The notes beneath the pieces were generated by a model. It was not told the DNA's origin and searched no databases. It saw only the letters and a program-made list of their open reading frames with translations. 64,000 nucleotides of DNA from positions 288,001 through 352,000 of the forward strand of contig CAXXKA010000010.1 in NCBI GenBank assembly GCA_963668625.2. The letters are read 5' to 3'. The translations under genes were made by a program, and so were the position numbers. The stretch's first letter is position 1, and the number at the start of each line of letters is the position of its first letter. The stretch is from an uncultured candidate division Zixibacteria bacterium. Its GTDB lineage: Bacteria; Zixibacteria; MSB-5A5; UBA10806; 4484-95. Below, one piece after another: positions 29,388 to 39,195 of this stretch.

Positions 29388-31064
29388 TTATTTTTTGGAT
29401 GATTGAGATTCTCTTTTACCGAACTGAAATTCGCGTAGTACCGCCTGGGCGATGTTGGTTAAATGGTCGCCGATTTTTTCGAGATTGTTCAAAACATCGA
29501 TATAGATTATACCATCATGTGATTTGCAGACACCTGAGTTCAATCTCTGTATTTGTGCTTCGCGAAATTCTATGAACATGCTATTTATTTTATCCTCACA
29601 GGCTAAGGCTTTATAGCCGCTCTCTCGCTTGTTGTCGCTGATAGCGGTTACGATATGATCGCCCATATCGATAATCGTAGCATACATGGTTTGAAGCTCG
29701 TTTTTGGCCGCAGATGATAATTGTGCTTTATGCCTTATAGCGCGTTCGGTAAGCTCTACCAGGTTTTCGGTGTGGTCCCCGATTCGTTCGAGGTCGTTAA
29801 CGGTGTGCATCCAAACAGGCAATTGGTCTGACTGGAACTGCTCGAGTTTCTGTTGCGAAACTTCAACGAGAAATCCGGTAATCTCATCCTGGAGGTTATC
29901 GATTGCGTCCTCGATCTCGCTTAATTTCTTGAAATCTTTGGAATTTCTATGGATGAACGCACTGAACGACATCTCCAGCGCCTCACGGGCCATCTCCGCC
30001 ATACGTAATATCTCCTTACGGGCCTGCAAAAGGGCTGTACCGGGAGAGTTTAAAAGCCTTTTATCGAGATAAACCGGTGTACCGTTTATTTCCGCCCGGC
30101 CTTTCGGGGTAAGGTAAATTGCCGTTTTTTCGATTATTCCAATCGCGGGCAGGATGAGAATAGCATTGACGATGTTGAATGCCGAGTGGGCAACAGCCAA
30201 GTATATCATGATGTTTGCAGTGGAAAGATCACCCGGAATAATATAAAAGATGAATTTCTGGTATATTCCCAGCATCACGAGTGGCAAAATATATGCTGTT
30301 CCGAAAAGGTTGAACAACGTATGCGCCATTGCTGTTCGCCGGGCGTTGGTATTGGTATTCAAAGCCGCTATTTGTGCGGTGATAGTCGTGCCGATATTTT
30401 CTCCGAGTACAAGCGGAACCGCGGCATCAAAACTGATTAATCCCTGGAATGCTAGAAGCTGTACCATGGCTATTGTGGCCGATGATGATTGAAGAATAAC
30501 TGTCGCCAATGCGCCGATCAATACTCCCAGCAGTGGATTGGTGCCAAGAGACTGAAAAGCATGAAGTATAACCTGACTTTCTTTTAACGGTATGAAGGCA
30601 TCCTTCATGAAATCGAGGCCTAAAAACAGAAGCCCCAGCCCGATAAATATCCGTCCCCGGTTGGTATTGCCGGAACCGCGCGGCAGTAAAGTCAGGAAGA
30701 ATCCGACGCCAACAAACAAAAGCGCATAATCGGTTATCTTAAATACGCCAATTACCGAGACTATCCAGGCTGTTAATGTAGTCCCGATATTGGCGCCCAT
30801 AACAACGCCGATAGCCTGGCGTAATGTCAAAAGGCCGGAGTTGACAAGGCCAACCGTGATAACTGTCATGCCGGATGATGATTGAATAATAGCGGTTAAA
30901 CCCGCTCCTAAAAGAACACCTAATATCCTATTTTTTGTCAGAAGAGTAAGGATTCTTTTAACTCTTTGGCTGGAGGTGGCTTTCAAACCATCGGACATCA
31001 TGCTCATGCCGTAGAGGAACATGCCCAGTCCGCCAACCAGAAGTATTATCAAATTAAAAATCAT
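29388..31064 (-). CDS. Na/Pi cotransporter family protein with PhoU domains
   Basis: two QSSS motifs, GANIGTT/GENIGTT, DLERIGDH and NLEKIGDH. Confidence 0.92.
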   Translation of the reverse strand: MIFNLIILLVGGLGMFLYGMSMMSDGLKATSSQRVKRILTLLTKNRILGVLLGAGLTAIIQSSSGMTVITVGLVNSGLLTLRQAIGVVMGANIGTTLTAWIVSVIGVFKITDYALLFVGVGFFLTLLPRGSGNTNRGRIFIGLGLLFLGLDFMKDAFIPLKESQVILHAFQSLGTNPLLGVLIGALATVILQSSSATIAMVQLLAFQGLISFDAAVPLVLGENIGTTITAQIAALNTNTNARRTAMAHTLFNLFGTAYILPLVMLGIYQKFIFYIIPGDLSTANIMIYLAVAHSAFNIVNAILILPAIGIIEKTAIYLTPKGRAEINGTPVYLDKRLLNSPGTALLQARKEILRMAEMAREALEMSFSAFIHRNSKDFKKLSEIEDAIDNLQDEITGFLVEVSQQKLEQFQSDQLPVWMHTVNDLERIGDHTENLVELTERAIRHKAQLSSAAKNELQTMYATIIDMGDHIVTAISDNKRESGYKALACEDKINSMFIEFREAQIQRLNSGVCKSHDGIIYIDVLNNLEKIGDHLTNIAQAVLREFQFGKRESQSSKK

Positions 31065-31320
31065 TACACTATGGGTGGAATGGAGAAGGGGGAGGTATTT
31101 TTTGAAATCATCATCTACAATCAGGATTTCGTTAAAGTGTTCCTTAATTTTTGCGGCATATTAGCTTTTATGATCGAGACTGTCAATCGAATTCTAATAT
31201 TTTCCTAATATAATTATGACAATTTTATAATCGGCCGTATGTTGTGTGATGATTTCAAAAATATCTATCAAATGCACAAATATTGCGTTATAATAACTAA
31301 CTTGAATTTAGTCTGAAACG

Positions 31321-31809
31321 GTGGTGTTAATGAACGATCTGATGTATTCTATAATCCTGTCCCTGTTGCCTATTGCCGAATTAAGAGGTGGTTTGCCATA
31401 TGCTTACCTGGTTGGTGGCTATCCAATCTGGATTTCGTATCTGGTATCTGTAGGGGCTAATTTCTTCGTTGGCCCGATTGTTTTTATATTCCTGGAGACT
31501 GTTCATAAGTGGCTCATTAACTGGACGTTTTACAGTAAGATTTTTAATAAACTGGTAAGCAGGGTCAGACGGAAAACCTCTCATCTGATCGAGAAGTATG
31601 GTTTCTGGGGGATTGCCCTGTTCGTAGCGGTTCCCTTGCCGGTTACGGGCGCTTACACCGGCACGATGGCTGCCTGGCTATTTGGTTTGGATAAGAAAAA
31701 ATCGATGCTGGCAGTACTGGTGGGAGTTTGCGTGTCAGGTTTGATTGTCTCGATCGTGGTTTATTTCGGGCTGGAGGGTTTTGAATTTATGTATAAAAGA
31801 GTTAAGTAA
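31321..31809 (+). CDS. small multi-drug export family protein (COG2426-like)
   Basis: LPIAELRGGLP and FVAVPLPVTGAYTG. Confidence 0.85.
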   Translation: MVLMNDLMYSIILSLLPIAELRGGLPYAYLVGGYPIWISYLVSVGANFFVGPIVFIFLETVHKWLINWTFYSKIFNKLVSRVRRKTSHLIEKYGFWGIALFVAVPLPVTGAYTGTMAAWLFGLDKKKSMLAVLVGVCVSGLIVSIVVYFGLEGFEFMYKRVK

Positions 31810-31933
31810 ACTCTCGAATGAATAATGCTTTGGTAGTGACTGCCGAACTTGAATTCGATGGTGGGTTTAGTCTCACTTATTAGTTTCAATACCGATAGAG
31901 CGCTTTTGTTATTTTCAATATGAGAGATATGTA

Positions 31934-32311
31934 ATGAGTAGGAAAAACGAAACGGTCTGCAATATAGGCCCTAAAGAATCGCAGAATCGCCTGATTATTG
32001 GCATAGTTATGTTAGTTATATCGATAGTATTGACAGTATTGATATTTCTATTCGAATGGTCCTCATTGTTTGGCATATTGATATTTTTCCCGCTTGCCGG
32101 TTCTTTTTTAGGGTTTCTCCAGGCGAAAAATAAAACCTGTATAGCCCTGGCGGCGCAGGGTCAGCGTAATCTCGATAGCGGCGCGGAGAATATAGAGGAT
32201 CAGGATATTATTGCCAGGTTAAAAGATAAGGGTAATGCTATCGTTACCCGAACCGTATTATATGCTGCTATCCTGACAGCCCTGGTAGTAATTGTTTTGG
32301 AACTATCCTAG
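31934..32311 (+). CDS. hypothetical membrane protein (3 TM)
   Basis: CNIGP.E...R N-terminus followed by hydrophobic helices. Confidence 0.65.
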   Translation: MSRKNETVCNIGPKESQNRLIIGIVMLVISIVLTVLIFLFEWSSLFGILIFFPLAGSFLGFLQAKNKTCIALAAQGQRNLDSGAENIEDQDIIARLKDKGNAIVTRTVLYAAILTALVVIVLELS

Positions 32312-32443
32312 GACTAACCCGCAAACTATAGTTTTATAAGTCAATCGTAACATCCATGCAATTTCTTGCTCATTTTTCATAATTAACTGTCGACTTAGTA
32401 TTTAGAACAAGTGGATTGTTAACATTAAGCTGGATTTAGACGA

Positions 32444-33304
32444 ATGCTTGCAATTGTTGGATTTTTAGTAGTACTTGGTGCGGTGCTTGGCGGTTTTGTT
32501 ATGGAAGGTGGCCAATTGCTCGTGCTTTTTCAACCAGCGGAGTTCTTGATTATCGGTGGCGCAGCTATTGGTTCGATACTGGTTGCCAATCCCATGAAGA
32601 ATATAAAGGGCATGATCTCCCAGATTATAGGTGTTTTGGGATCACCTCCAGGGAAAGATCACTATATACAGATATTAGTGATGTTATATGAAATTTTCCA
32701 GGCTGCGCGTAAGGATGGTCTGGTGGCGATGGAGGCTCATGTTGAGAAGCCAGAGGATAGCAGCATACTGAAAAAGTATCCGACATTTTTAGCCGATCAT
32801 CACCTGCTGAATTTCTTCGTTGATACGATGCGGTTAATCCTATCCGGCGGTGTACCTGCGCATGATCTTGAGGCATTGATCGACACCGATCTGGATTCTC
32901 ATCACAAAGAAACAGAAGCTCCACCCTCGGCATTAACGACCGTAGCCGACTCTTTGCCGGGTCTGGGTATCGTGGCGGCTGTACTGGGTGTCGTTATTAC
33001 TATGGGCGCTATCGGAGGGCCTCCCGAGGTGATTGGTCATAAAGTTGGCGCCGCGCTGGTAGGAACGTTTCTGGGTATTTTGCTGTGTTATGGTTTTTTA
33101 GCGCCACTGGCGGTAAATATGGGACACATGAACGAGTCCAAGGGACAGGCGTTCATGGTAATCAAGCAGGCGTTGTTGGGGTTCCATAAAGGTATGGCGC
33201 CGTCGATCGCGGTAGAGTTCGCCCGTCGTTCGATATCCTCGGATGTGCGTCCGGGATTCGTCGAACTCGAGGATGCTTGCAAAGCAGCGAGAGATCGCGG
33301 TTAA
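32444..33304 (+). CDS. motA: stator protein MotA
   Basis: QPAEFLIIGGAA, ARKDG, LPGLGIVAAVLGVV, ALVGTFLG, VEFARR. Confidence 0.95.
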   Translation: MLAIVGFLVVLGAVLGGFVMEGGQLLVLFQPAEFLIIGGAAIGSILVANPMKNIKGMISQIIGVLGSPPGKDHYIQILVMLYEIFQAARKDGLVAMEAHVEKPEDSSILKKYPTFLADHHLLNFFVDTMRLILSGGVPAHDLEALIDTDLDSHHKETEAPPSALTTVADSLPGLGIVAAVLGVVITMGAIGGPPEVIGHKVGAALVGTFLGILLCYGFLAPLAVNMGHMNESKGQAFMVIKQALLGFHKGMAPSIAVEFARRSISSDVRPGFVELEDACKAARDRG

Positions 33305-33320
33305 TATAAGATAAGGTATT

Positions 33321-34196
33321 ATGGCAGACGAAGATCAACAGCCTATTATAATAGTTAAAAAAAGCGGCGGCCATGCCGGCCATCACGGCGGAGCCTGGAA
33401 AGTGGCTTACGCCGATTTCGTTACGGCTATGATGGCGTTTTTTCTGGTGATGTGGCTCGTAAGCCAGAGCGATGAGGTCAAGCAAAACGTCGCAGGCTAT
33501 TTTAACGATCCCTCCGGTTGGGGTAAAAAAGGGGGAAGCTCGGTTTTAGGCGGTAACGAATCTATCCTTAAGGGCGGCCAATCACTACTCAAATCTCCGG
33601 CTATGAAACCGCAAGACAGACAGGTAACCGAGGCTCGTGCCCGTGAGGTGCTAAAGCAAGCGGGTGAGAGAGTACTTGGGGCGTTATCTGATCTATCCAA
33701 TTTCGAGGAGTTCAGCGATCATGTCGAGATAGAGATGACCGAGGAGGGACTACGTATCGAGCTTATCGAGGCGACTTCGGCCGATAGTGATTCCTCGTTC
33801 TTTTTCAACAGCGGCAGCGCTAATATCTCCAGCACAGGCGAGACCATAATCTCCGCTATTTCCTCTGAACTGGGTAAGTTAAACAACAAAATCGTAATCG
33901 AGGGGCATACTGACAGCCATACATTCGTCTATAAAAATAAATATTCGAACTGGGAGTTATCGGCTGATAGGGCCAACAGCGCACGCAAGCTGATGGTATC
34001 CAGCGGCGTGAAAAGCAGGCAGGTTGCAGAGATAAGAGGTTACGCAGCCAACCGTCCCAAGATAGCGGACAATCCAGGGGACGCCCGTAACCGCCGTGTT
34101 TCCATACTAGTGCAAACCGATATGGATAATCCTCCAATCGAGAGCATGGAAATACACGAGGTTATCGACGGTAAAGTCGTAAAAGATATCAATTGA
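33321..34196 (+). CDS. motB: stator protein MotB
   Basis: HHGGAWKVAYADFVTAMMAFF, EGHTD, SNWELSADRA, NRRV (OmpA-like domain). Confidence 0.95.
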   Translation: MADEDQQPIIIVKKSGGHAGHHGGAWKVAYADFVTAMMAFFLVMWLVSQSDEVKQNVAGYFNDPSGWGKKGGSSVLGGNESILKGGQSLLKSPAMKPQDRQVTEARAREVLKQAGERVLGALSDLSNFEEFSDHVEIEMTEEGLRIELIEATSADSDSSFFFNSGSANISSTGETIISAISSELGKLNNKIVIEGHTDSHTFVYKNKYSNWELSADRANSARKLMVSSGVKSRQVAEIRGYAANRPKIADNPGDARNRRVSILVQTDMDNPPIESMEIHEVIDGKVVKDIN

Positions 34197-34352
34197 TATT
34201 CCTGATTTCTTAACAACAATCATAAATTTATTGAGATTGATGTGTACTCACGCCCGGCAAGTGTTATTAAATTAAAATTGTTTATATTATTGCAGGTTGC
34301 TATATTGAGTCGTAAGGTATTTTAATTGATCGAGCATTGCGGGATATCAGTT

Positions 34353-35816
34353 ATGAAACCAATCAAACCGTTTTTAACTTTAGCGATAGTTATATTTTTA
34401 GCCGCTATTATTAAAGCCCAGTCGCCGGATTACCACTGGTTTAAGATGTATGGCAGCCACTATATCGATAGCGGTGAATCGCTTTTAGGAACACCGGACG
34501 GCGGATTCCTGTTGGCGGGTTACTCATACTACATGATCAGCGGCGGTTCGGATATATACCTGGTCAAAACTGATGAATGGGGTATACCCGAGTGGGAGAG
34601 AGCCTACGGCAGTTACGGCGATGATTGGGCAAGCTGCGTTAAGGCCTGTAATGATGGCGGGTATATTATAGCTGGCGGTTCGGAGTCGTATTCCGATGAT
34701 AATAGCGATGTAATTTTGATGAAGATCGATTCCGAGGGCGAACCGATCTGGCAACGAACCTATGGCGGGCAGGATGATGAAAGCGCCAACTACCTGAGTC
34801 AAACATTCGACGGCGGCTATATTATATCCGGATGGACACGGTCGTATGGCGCTGGTGGCGATGATATATATCTCTTAAAGATCGATTCCGCCGGGGAGAT
34901 CGAATGGTCGCGCACATTCGGAAACGAGTTCTACGATAAAGGTTACCAGGTACGGCAGGTGGCCGACAGCGGTTATGTGCTGGTAGCAGGGCTGGATTAT
35001 TTCGCCCATAGCCCCGTAAATGCTTACGTGATTAAAACGGATGGCGTTGGCGAGACCGAGTGGGCAAGTATCGTAGGCGGCATTGGCGCGGATGCCTGCA
35101 ACGCTCTTTGCGAAACGCATGACGGCGGGTTCGTTATTGCCGGTTGGACAATGTCATACGGTCTGGGTCGTCAGGATGTTTACCTGGTGAAGCTCGATTC
35201 GCTGGGAACCATATCCTGGGAGAAATACTACGGCGGCATCGAGGGTGATATCGGTCGCTCGGTAATTCGTATGCCGGATAACGGTTTTTTAGTTGCCGGT
35301 TATACCGCCTCGTTCGGTAATGGTGGCGACGATATTTACATGATCAGAACGGATTCCAAGGGCGACTCGCTTTGGACTACAACATTCGGAGGACCTGAAC
35401 AAGACAACGCTTACGATATAATAAACTGTCATGACGGTGGTATAGCGGCAGTTGGTTACACGGCCTCATTCGGCCAGGGTAGCCGGGATATGCTTTTGAT
35501 AAAATATAGCGATATACAACTGGACCTGGATGATGATCGTTGTGTATTGCCCGGAAATTTTCATCTTCTTGATAATTACCCAAATCCCTTTAACAACTCT
35601 ACAACGATAGAGTTCGATCTCGAGAACTCCGGCGAGGTTAAACTTGATATATACGATTTACTCGGTAGAGAGGTGGGAGTGATTGTCAGTGACTACCTGA
35701 ACGCCGGATATCATCGATATGTTTTCGATGCCGATAAAATTGCGAGCGGAGTTTATCTCTACAGGTTATCGTTCAAAGGCCATACTAAGTCGCGAAAAAT
35801 GATTCTATTGAAGTAG
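34353..35816 (+). CDS. secreted beta-propeller repeat protein with T9SS-A/FlgD-like C-terminal domain
   Basis: signal peptide; repeats of DGGYIIAG..S.G.G..D.YL.K.D..G...W; NYPNPFN...SGVYLYRL...KMILLK. Confidence 0.85.
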   Translation: MKPIKPFLTLAIVIFLAAIIKAQSPDYHWFKMYGSHYIDSGESLLGTPDGGFLLAGYSYYMISGGSDIYLVKTDEWGIPEWERAYGSYGDDWASCVKACNDGGYIIAGGSESYSDDNSDVILMKIDSEGEPIWQRTYGGQDDESANYLSQTFDGGYIISGWTRSYGAGGDDIYLLKIDSAGEIEWSRTFGNEFYDKGYQVRQVADSGYVLVAGLDYFAHSPVNAYVIKTDGVGETEWASIVGGIGADACNALCETHDGGFVIAGWTMSYGLGRQDVYLVKLDSLGTISWEKYYGGIEGDIGRSVIRMPDNGFLVAGYTASFGNGGDDIYMIRTDSKGDSLWTTTFGGPEQDNAYDIINCHDGGIAAVGYTASFGQGSRDMLLIKYSDIQLDLDDDRCVLPGNFHLLDNYPNPFNNSTTIEFDLENSGEVKLDIYDLLGREVGVIVSDYLNAGYHRYVFDADKIASGVYLYRLSFKGHTKSRKMILLK

Positions 35817-35825
35817 GCATACGAT

Positions 35826-35939
35826 TACTACTGTTCGTTTTTTGCCTTCTCGCCGCGAAACGCTTCTCTGGTATTTGGCGGGGCTTGTATGAAAACAAAC
35901 CCGCCTGCTCAGGAACGAAGAAAAACCCGAACAGTAGCG
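35826..35939. mobile_element. degenerate MITE with IS4-like ends
   Basis: CTACTGTTCG ... CGAACAGTAG inverted ends, internal GGCGGG/CCCGCC hairpin; no clean TSD. Confidence 0.45.
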
Positions 35940-36037
35940 CATTCGGGCAGTAAACCATCACCGGCCACCGGGCCGGGATGACAAATATGCTGATGGTTAT
36001 CTATCGGATATATCAGTCGGCGCTAACCTTATATTAC

Positions 36038-36119
36038 GTGGCTGGTAGACGTCCTCGTCTGCAACAATTACCAACTTATATTTACCGCTAATAGGCACGC
36101 GGGGACGTGTTCCGCCCAC
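36038..36119. repeat. REP doublet (GTGGCTGGCAGACGTCCTCGTCTGC family)
   Basis: same family as the doublets at 48733-48928. Confidence 0.6.
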
Positions 36120-36202
36120 AAATGATATATCATTTACTTGATGATAAAACGACGTTTCGCTTTAAACCAACACACCGGCTAAGCAGGCGGTGTTAGGATA
36201 GA

Positions 36203-36230
36203 TAAAAAAAGCGGGAATTTCTTCCCGCTC
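36203..36230 (-). terminator. terminator after rplY
   Basis: AGCGGGAA..TTCCCGCT stem plus T7 on the minus strand. Confidence 0.75.
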
Positions 36231-36252
36231 GTAAATCCGAAAATAGCTTGTT

Positions 36253-36954
36253 TTATTTGTCTTTGTCAGACTGACGGTCCTCGGCTTTTTTCTCCGAGAT
36301 AACTTCGGGTTCGGCGGATTCCTCGGTTTCAGCGACTTCCTCAACGCCTTCCACGCCTTCTTCTCCCTCAGCGCCGGTAGACGGCAGCTTGCTGACTTTC
36401 GGAGCCATCACGCTGACTAAGGTTTCCATTTCACCCACTACGAATTCGACATCGGGGTAATCCAGATCGCCCGCGTGAACAGCATCACCGATATTCAATT
36501 CCTCGATATTGATATCGATCGATTCGGGTATATGCTGCGGTAAGGCGGTCAATTCCATTGTCCTGTGTTTCCACTGAAGAACACCACTGTTGTTTTTGAC
36601 GCCGATCGATGTGCCCTGAAGTTTAACAGGCACCGACATACGAATTTTCTCATTCATTTTGATATATTGAAAATCTATATGTAATACGCTGCCCAGAATG
36701 GGATCACGTTGTACATCCCTGATCAGAGCCTTATCCTCGTGGGTTTGGCCGTTGATGCTAAGATTGTACAGCGCGTTTTCACCTTGCAAGCTACGCATGG
36801 TTTGACGGAACTGTTCGTATTCGATATCGAGTGGAATCGGATCGTGGTCTTTACCGTAAGCTACTGCAGGGATTCTCCCGGCTGCTCGAAGTTTACGAGC
36901 CACTCCTTTCCCGTGGTCATCACGTTTGTTGACCTCTAAAGTTATCTCTTTCAT
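36253..36954 (-). CDS. rplY: 50S ribosomal protein L25/Ctc
   Basis: GKGVARKLRAAGRIPAVAYG, VQRDP...LHIDF, acidic tail. Confidence 0.95.
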   Translation of the reverse strand: MKEITLEVNKRDDHGKGVARKLRAAGRIPAVAYGKDHDPIPLDIEYEQFRQTMRSLQGENALYNLSINGQTHEDKALIRDVQRDPILGSVLHIDFQYIKMNEKIRMSVPVKLQGTSIGVKNNSGVLQWKHRTMELTALPQHIPESIDINIEELNIGDAVHAGDLDYPDVEFVVGEMETLVSVMAPKVSKLPSTGAEGEEGVEGVEEVAETEESAEPEVISEKKAEDRQSDKDK

Positions 36955-36989
36955 TATTTACTCCTTACCAGAACTTTATTTTCTAACCG

Positions 36990-38018
36990 TTATTTTACGA
37001 AGTTAAGTACCAGTTTCCCGGTTGTTTTTCCTGATTCCAAATAGCGATGCGCCTCAGCGCATTCCCTGAAATCGTACACTTTCGTGATTTCGGGTTTGAT
37101 GCTTTCCTCTTTTGCCAGGCAAAGCAGCTCTTCCATCACCATACCGACCTCATCGGCATTGGAAAGTAACCGATTGAGAGCCAGCCCGAAAATCCCTTTG
37201 TTATTCTGAATCAAGTTCAGTGTTCTTACGCTCGGGATGCTCAGGAATTTCCAGATTAACCTCGGCAGGTTCAATCTGCTGCCGGCCGCCAGATCGGCTA
37301 CGCCGTAACATATTATCCGGCCACCCTCGCTCAGAAGCTTATAACTTTTCCTGAAAGTCAGGCCACCTACCGGATCGAGAACGATATCAATGCTTTTCTT
37401 ACCGACCAGGCAACTAACCACTTTAGAAAAATCCTCTTTTTTGTAGTTAATCGGATAATCCACCCCGATTTTCTTGAGATAATCAACTTTATCATTACTC
37501 GAGGTTGTTCCGAACACCTCAGCCTGGTTCAGTTTGGCCAGTTGTACGGCCGCCGTGCCGACTCCACCGGCGCAGGAGTGAATTAACACTCGCTCCCCGG
37601 TTCTGATTCCCGCGAACCTGTACAGCGCATAATATGCGGTCAGGTAGTTTACCGGGAGCGCTGCTGCCGAGTTGAAATCGATGCCGTCGGGAATTTTATA
37701 CAATTGATCGGGTTCAGCCAGAATGTACTGGGCCTGTGCCCCGAAATTGGCGATTCCCACAACGCGATCCCCGGTATCGAACGAACTGCTATCATCTATG
37801 TGTTCGATGATTCCGGAGAATTCATAACCCGGTATGAACGGGAATTTCGGCGAGTCAGGATAGAATCCCTTGCGCGCCACTATCTCGGCGTAGTTCAATC
37901 CGCAGGCGTGTACTTTCACCAGAGCTTTGCCCGGTTGCGGTTCGGGTTTGGGGATTTCCCGTACCCGGACGTTTTCGGGTTTTCCCGGCCCGGTGATAAA
38001 AACTGCTAACATTGTCAA
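36990..38018 (-). CDS. MDR-family quinone oxidoreductase (VAT-1-like)
   Basis: GLNYAE, PGYEFSG, PVNYLTAY, HSCAGGVG, GKLVL. Confidence 0.88.
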   Translation of the reverse strand: MTMLAVFITGPGKPENVRVREIPKPEPQPGKALVKVHACGLNYAEIVARKGFYPDSPKFPFIPGYEFSGIIEHIDDSSSFDTGDRVVGIANFGAQAQYILAEPDQLYKIPDGIDFNSAAALPVNYLTAYYALYRFAGIRTGERVLIHSCAGGVGTAAVQLAKLNQAEVFGTTSSNDKVDYLKKIGVDYPINYKKEDFSKVVSCLVGKKSIDIVLDPVGGLTFRKSYKLLSEGGRIICYGVADLAAGSRLNLPRLIWKFLSIPSVRTLNLIQNNKGIFGLALNRLLSNADEVGMVMEELLCLAKEESIKPEITKVYDFRECAEAHRYLESGKTTGKLVLNFVK

Positions 38019-38021
38019 AGA

Positions 38022-38957
38022 TCAATCGAACAGACTCGAAACCGAGCGTTCGGCATGTATTCTTAAAATAGCTTCACCCAGAAGTTCGGCTACTGATAAT
38101 AACTCGAATTTATCAGGTAAGTTATTTCCGGCCAAGTCGATAGTATCAGTTATGTAAATTTTCTCGATCGGGCTGTTCTGGAGGTTTTGTATGGCCTCGC
38201 CCGAAAGTACAGCATGAGTGCAACAGGCTACTATCGAGGATGAACCCTCATCGGCAATTGCCTCGGCGGCCTTGATCATGGTGCCGGCGGTATCGATCAT
38301 ATCATCCCGGATGATAATATTTTTGCCTTTGACATCGCCGATTATATTCATCACCTCCGCTTTGTTGGCTTTCGGTCGACGTTTGTCGATAATCGCCAGG
38401 CCGGCGTTAAGCTTCTCCGCAAAAGCGCGGGCGACTTTAGTCGAGCCAACATCGGGCGAGAGTACTACCAGGTTTTGAAGGTTTTGTCTGACGAAAAACC
38501 GGTTAAAAACCCTGGCAGAGTAAAGGTGATCGGTAGGTATATCGAAAAAGCCCTGAATCTGCGAGGCATGGAGATCCATCAAGATAACCCGGTTAAAACC
38601 GGCCGAGACAATCATATTGGCTATAAGCTTGGAGGTAATTGCCACTCGCGGTTGATCTTTACGATCGGCGCGGGCATAACCGAAATACGGGATAACAGCC
38701 GTGATTCGCCGGGCTGAGGCTCGTTTGGCGGCATCAGCCATAATAAGCAGTTCCAGTAAGTTTTCAGCCGGTGGATTGGTCGATTGAATAAGGAAGACAT
38801 CCATACCACGGACATTCTCATCGATTTTGAAAAATATCTCGTTATCGGAGAACCGGGCGGCCTCGCATGCCGAAAGCGGTTGATGTATGTAATTGGCTAT
38901 TTTCTGGGCCAGCGGCTTATTGGAATTGCCGGCGAATATCCTAATCTCATCAGGCAT
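38022..38957 (-). CDS. prs: ribose-phosphate pyrophosphokinase
   Basis: PYFGYARADRK, DLHASQIQGFF, SPDVG, DDMIDTAGT. Confidence 0.97.
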   Translation of the reverse strand: MPDEIRIFAGNSNKPLAQKIANYIHQPLSACEAARFSDNEIFFKIDENVRGMDVFLIQSTNPPAENLLELLIMADAAKRASARRITAVIPYFGYARADRKDQPRVAITSKLIANMIVSAGFNRVILMDLHASQIQGFFDIPTDHLYSARVFNRFFVRQNLQNLVVLSPDVGSTKVARAFAEKLNAGLAIIDKRRPKANKAEVMNIIGDVKGKNIIIRDDMIDTAGTMIKAAEAIADEGSSSIVACCTHAVLSGEAIQNLQNSPIEKIYITDTIDLAGNNLPDKFELLSVAELLGEAILRIHAERSVSSLFD

Positions 38958-38987
38958 TATCGATACCTCGATCCTCTCAATTTGCTA

Positions 38988-39059
38988 CTGGGGCGCCAGG
39001 ATTCGAACCTGGGAATGCCAGCTCCAAAGGCTGGTGACTTACCGCTTGTCGACGCCCCA
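38988..39059 (-). tRNA. tRNA-Gln (TTG)
   Basis: TGGGGCG/CGCCCCA acceptor stem, CCAGC-CTTTGGA-GCTGG anticodon arm, GGTTCGAATCC T-loop; CCA not encoded. Confidence 0.95.
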
Positions 39060-39195
39060 ATTTCCCAAAACTTATAAGATATAGGTAACTTTCAGGATGT
39101 CAAGCGCAAATGATATATTGTACAATCATTATTATCATCGGTTTATGAACTAATTAATAAAACACAATAAAGATATCTATGTTTGGATAGCAGTA

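Noticed and set aside
32444-34196. Zorya ZorAB defence system
   Set aside because: Sequences are canonical flagellar-type MotA/MotB; no long ZorA tail and no zorC/D/E
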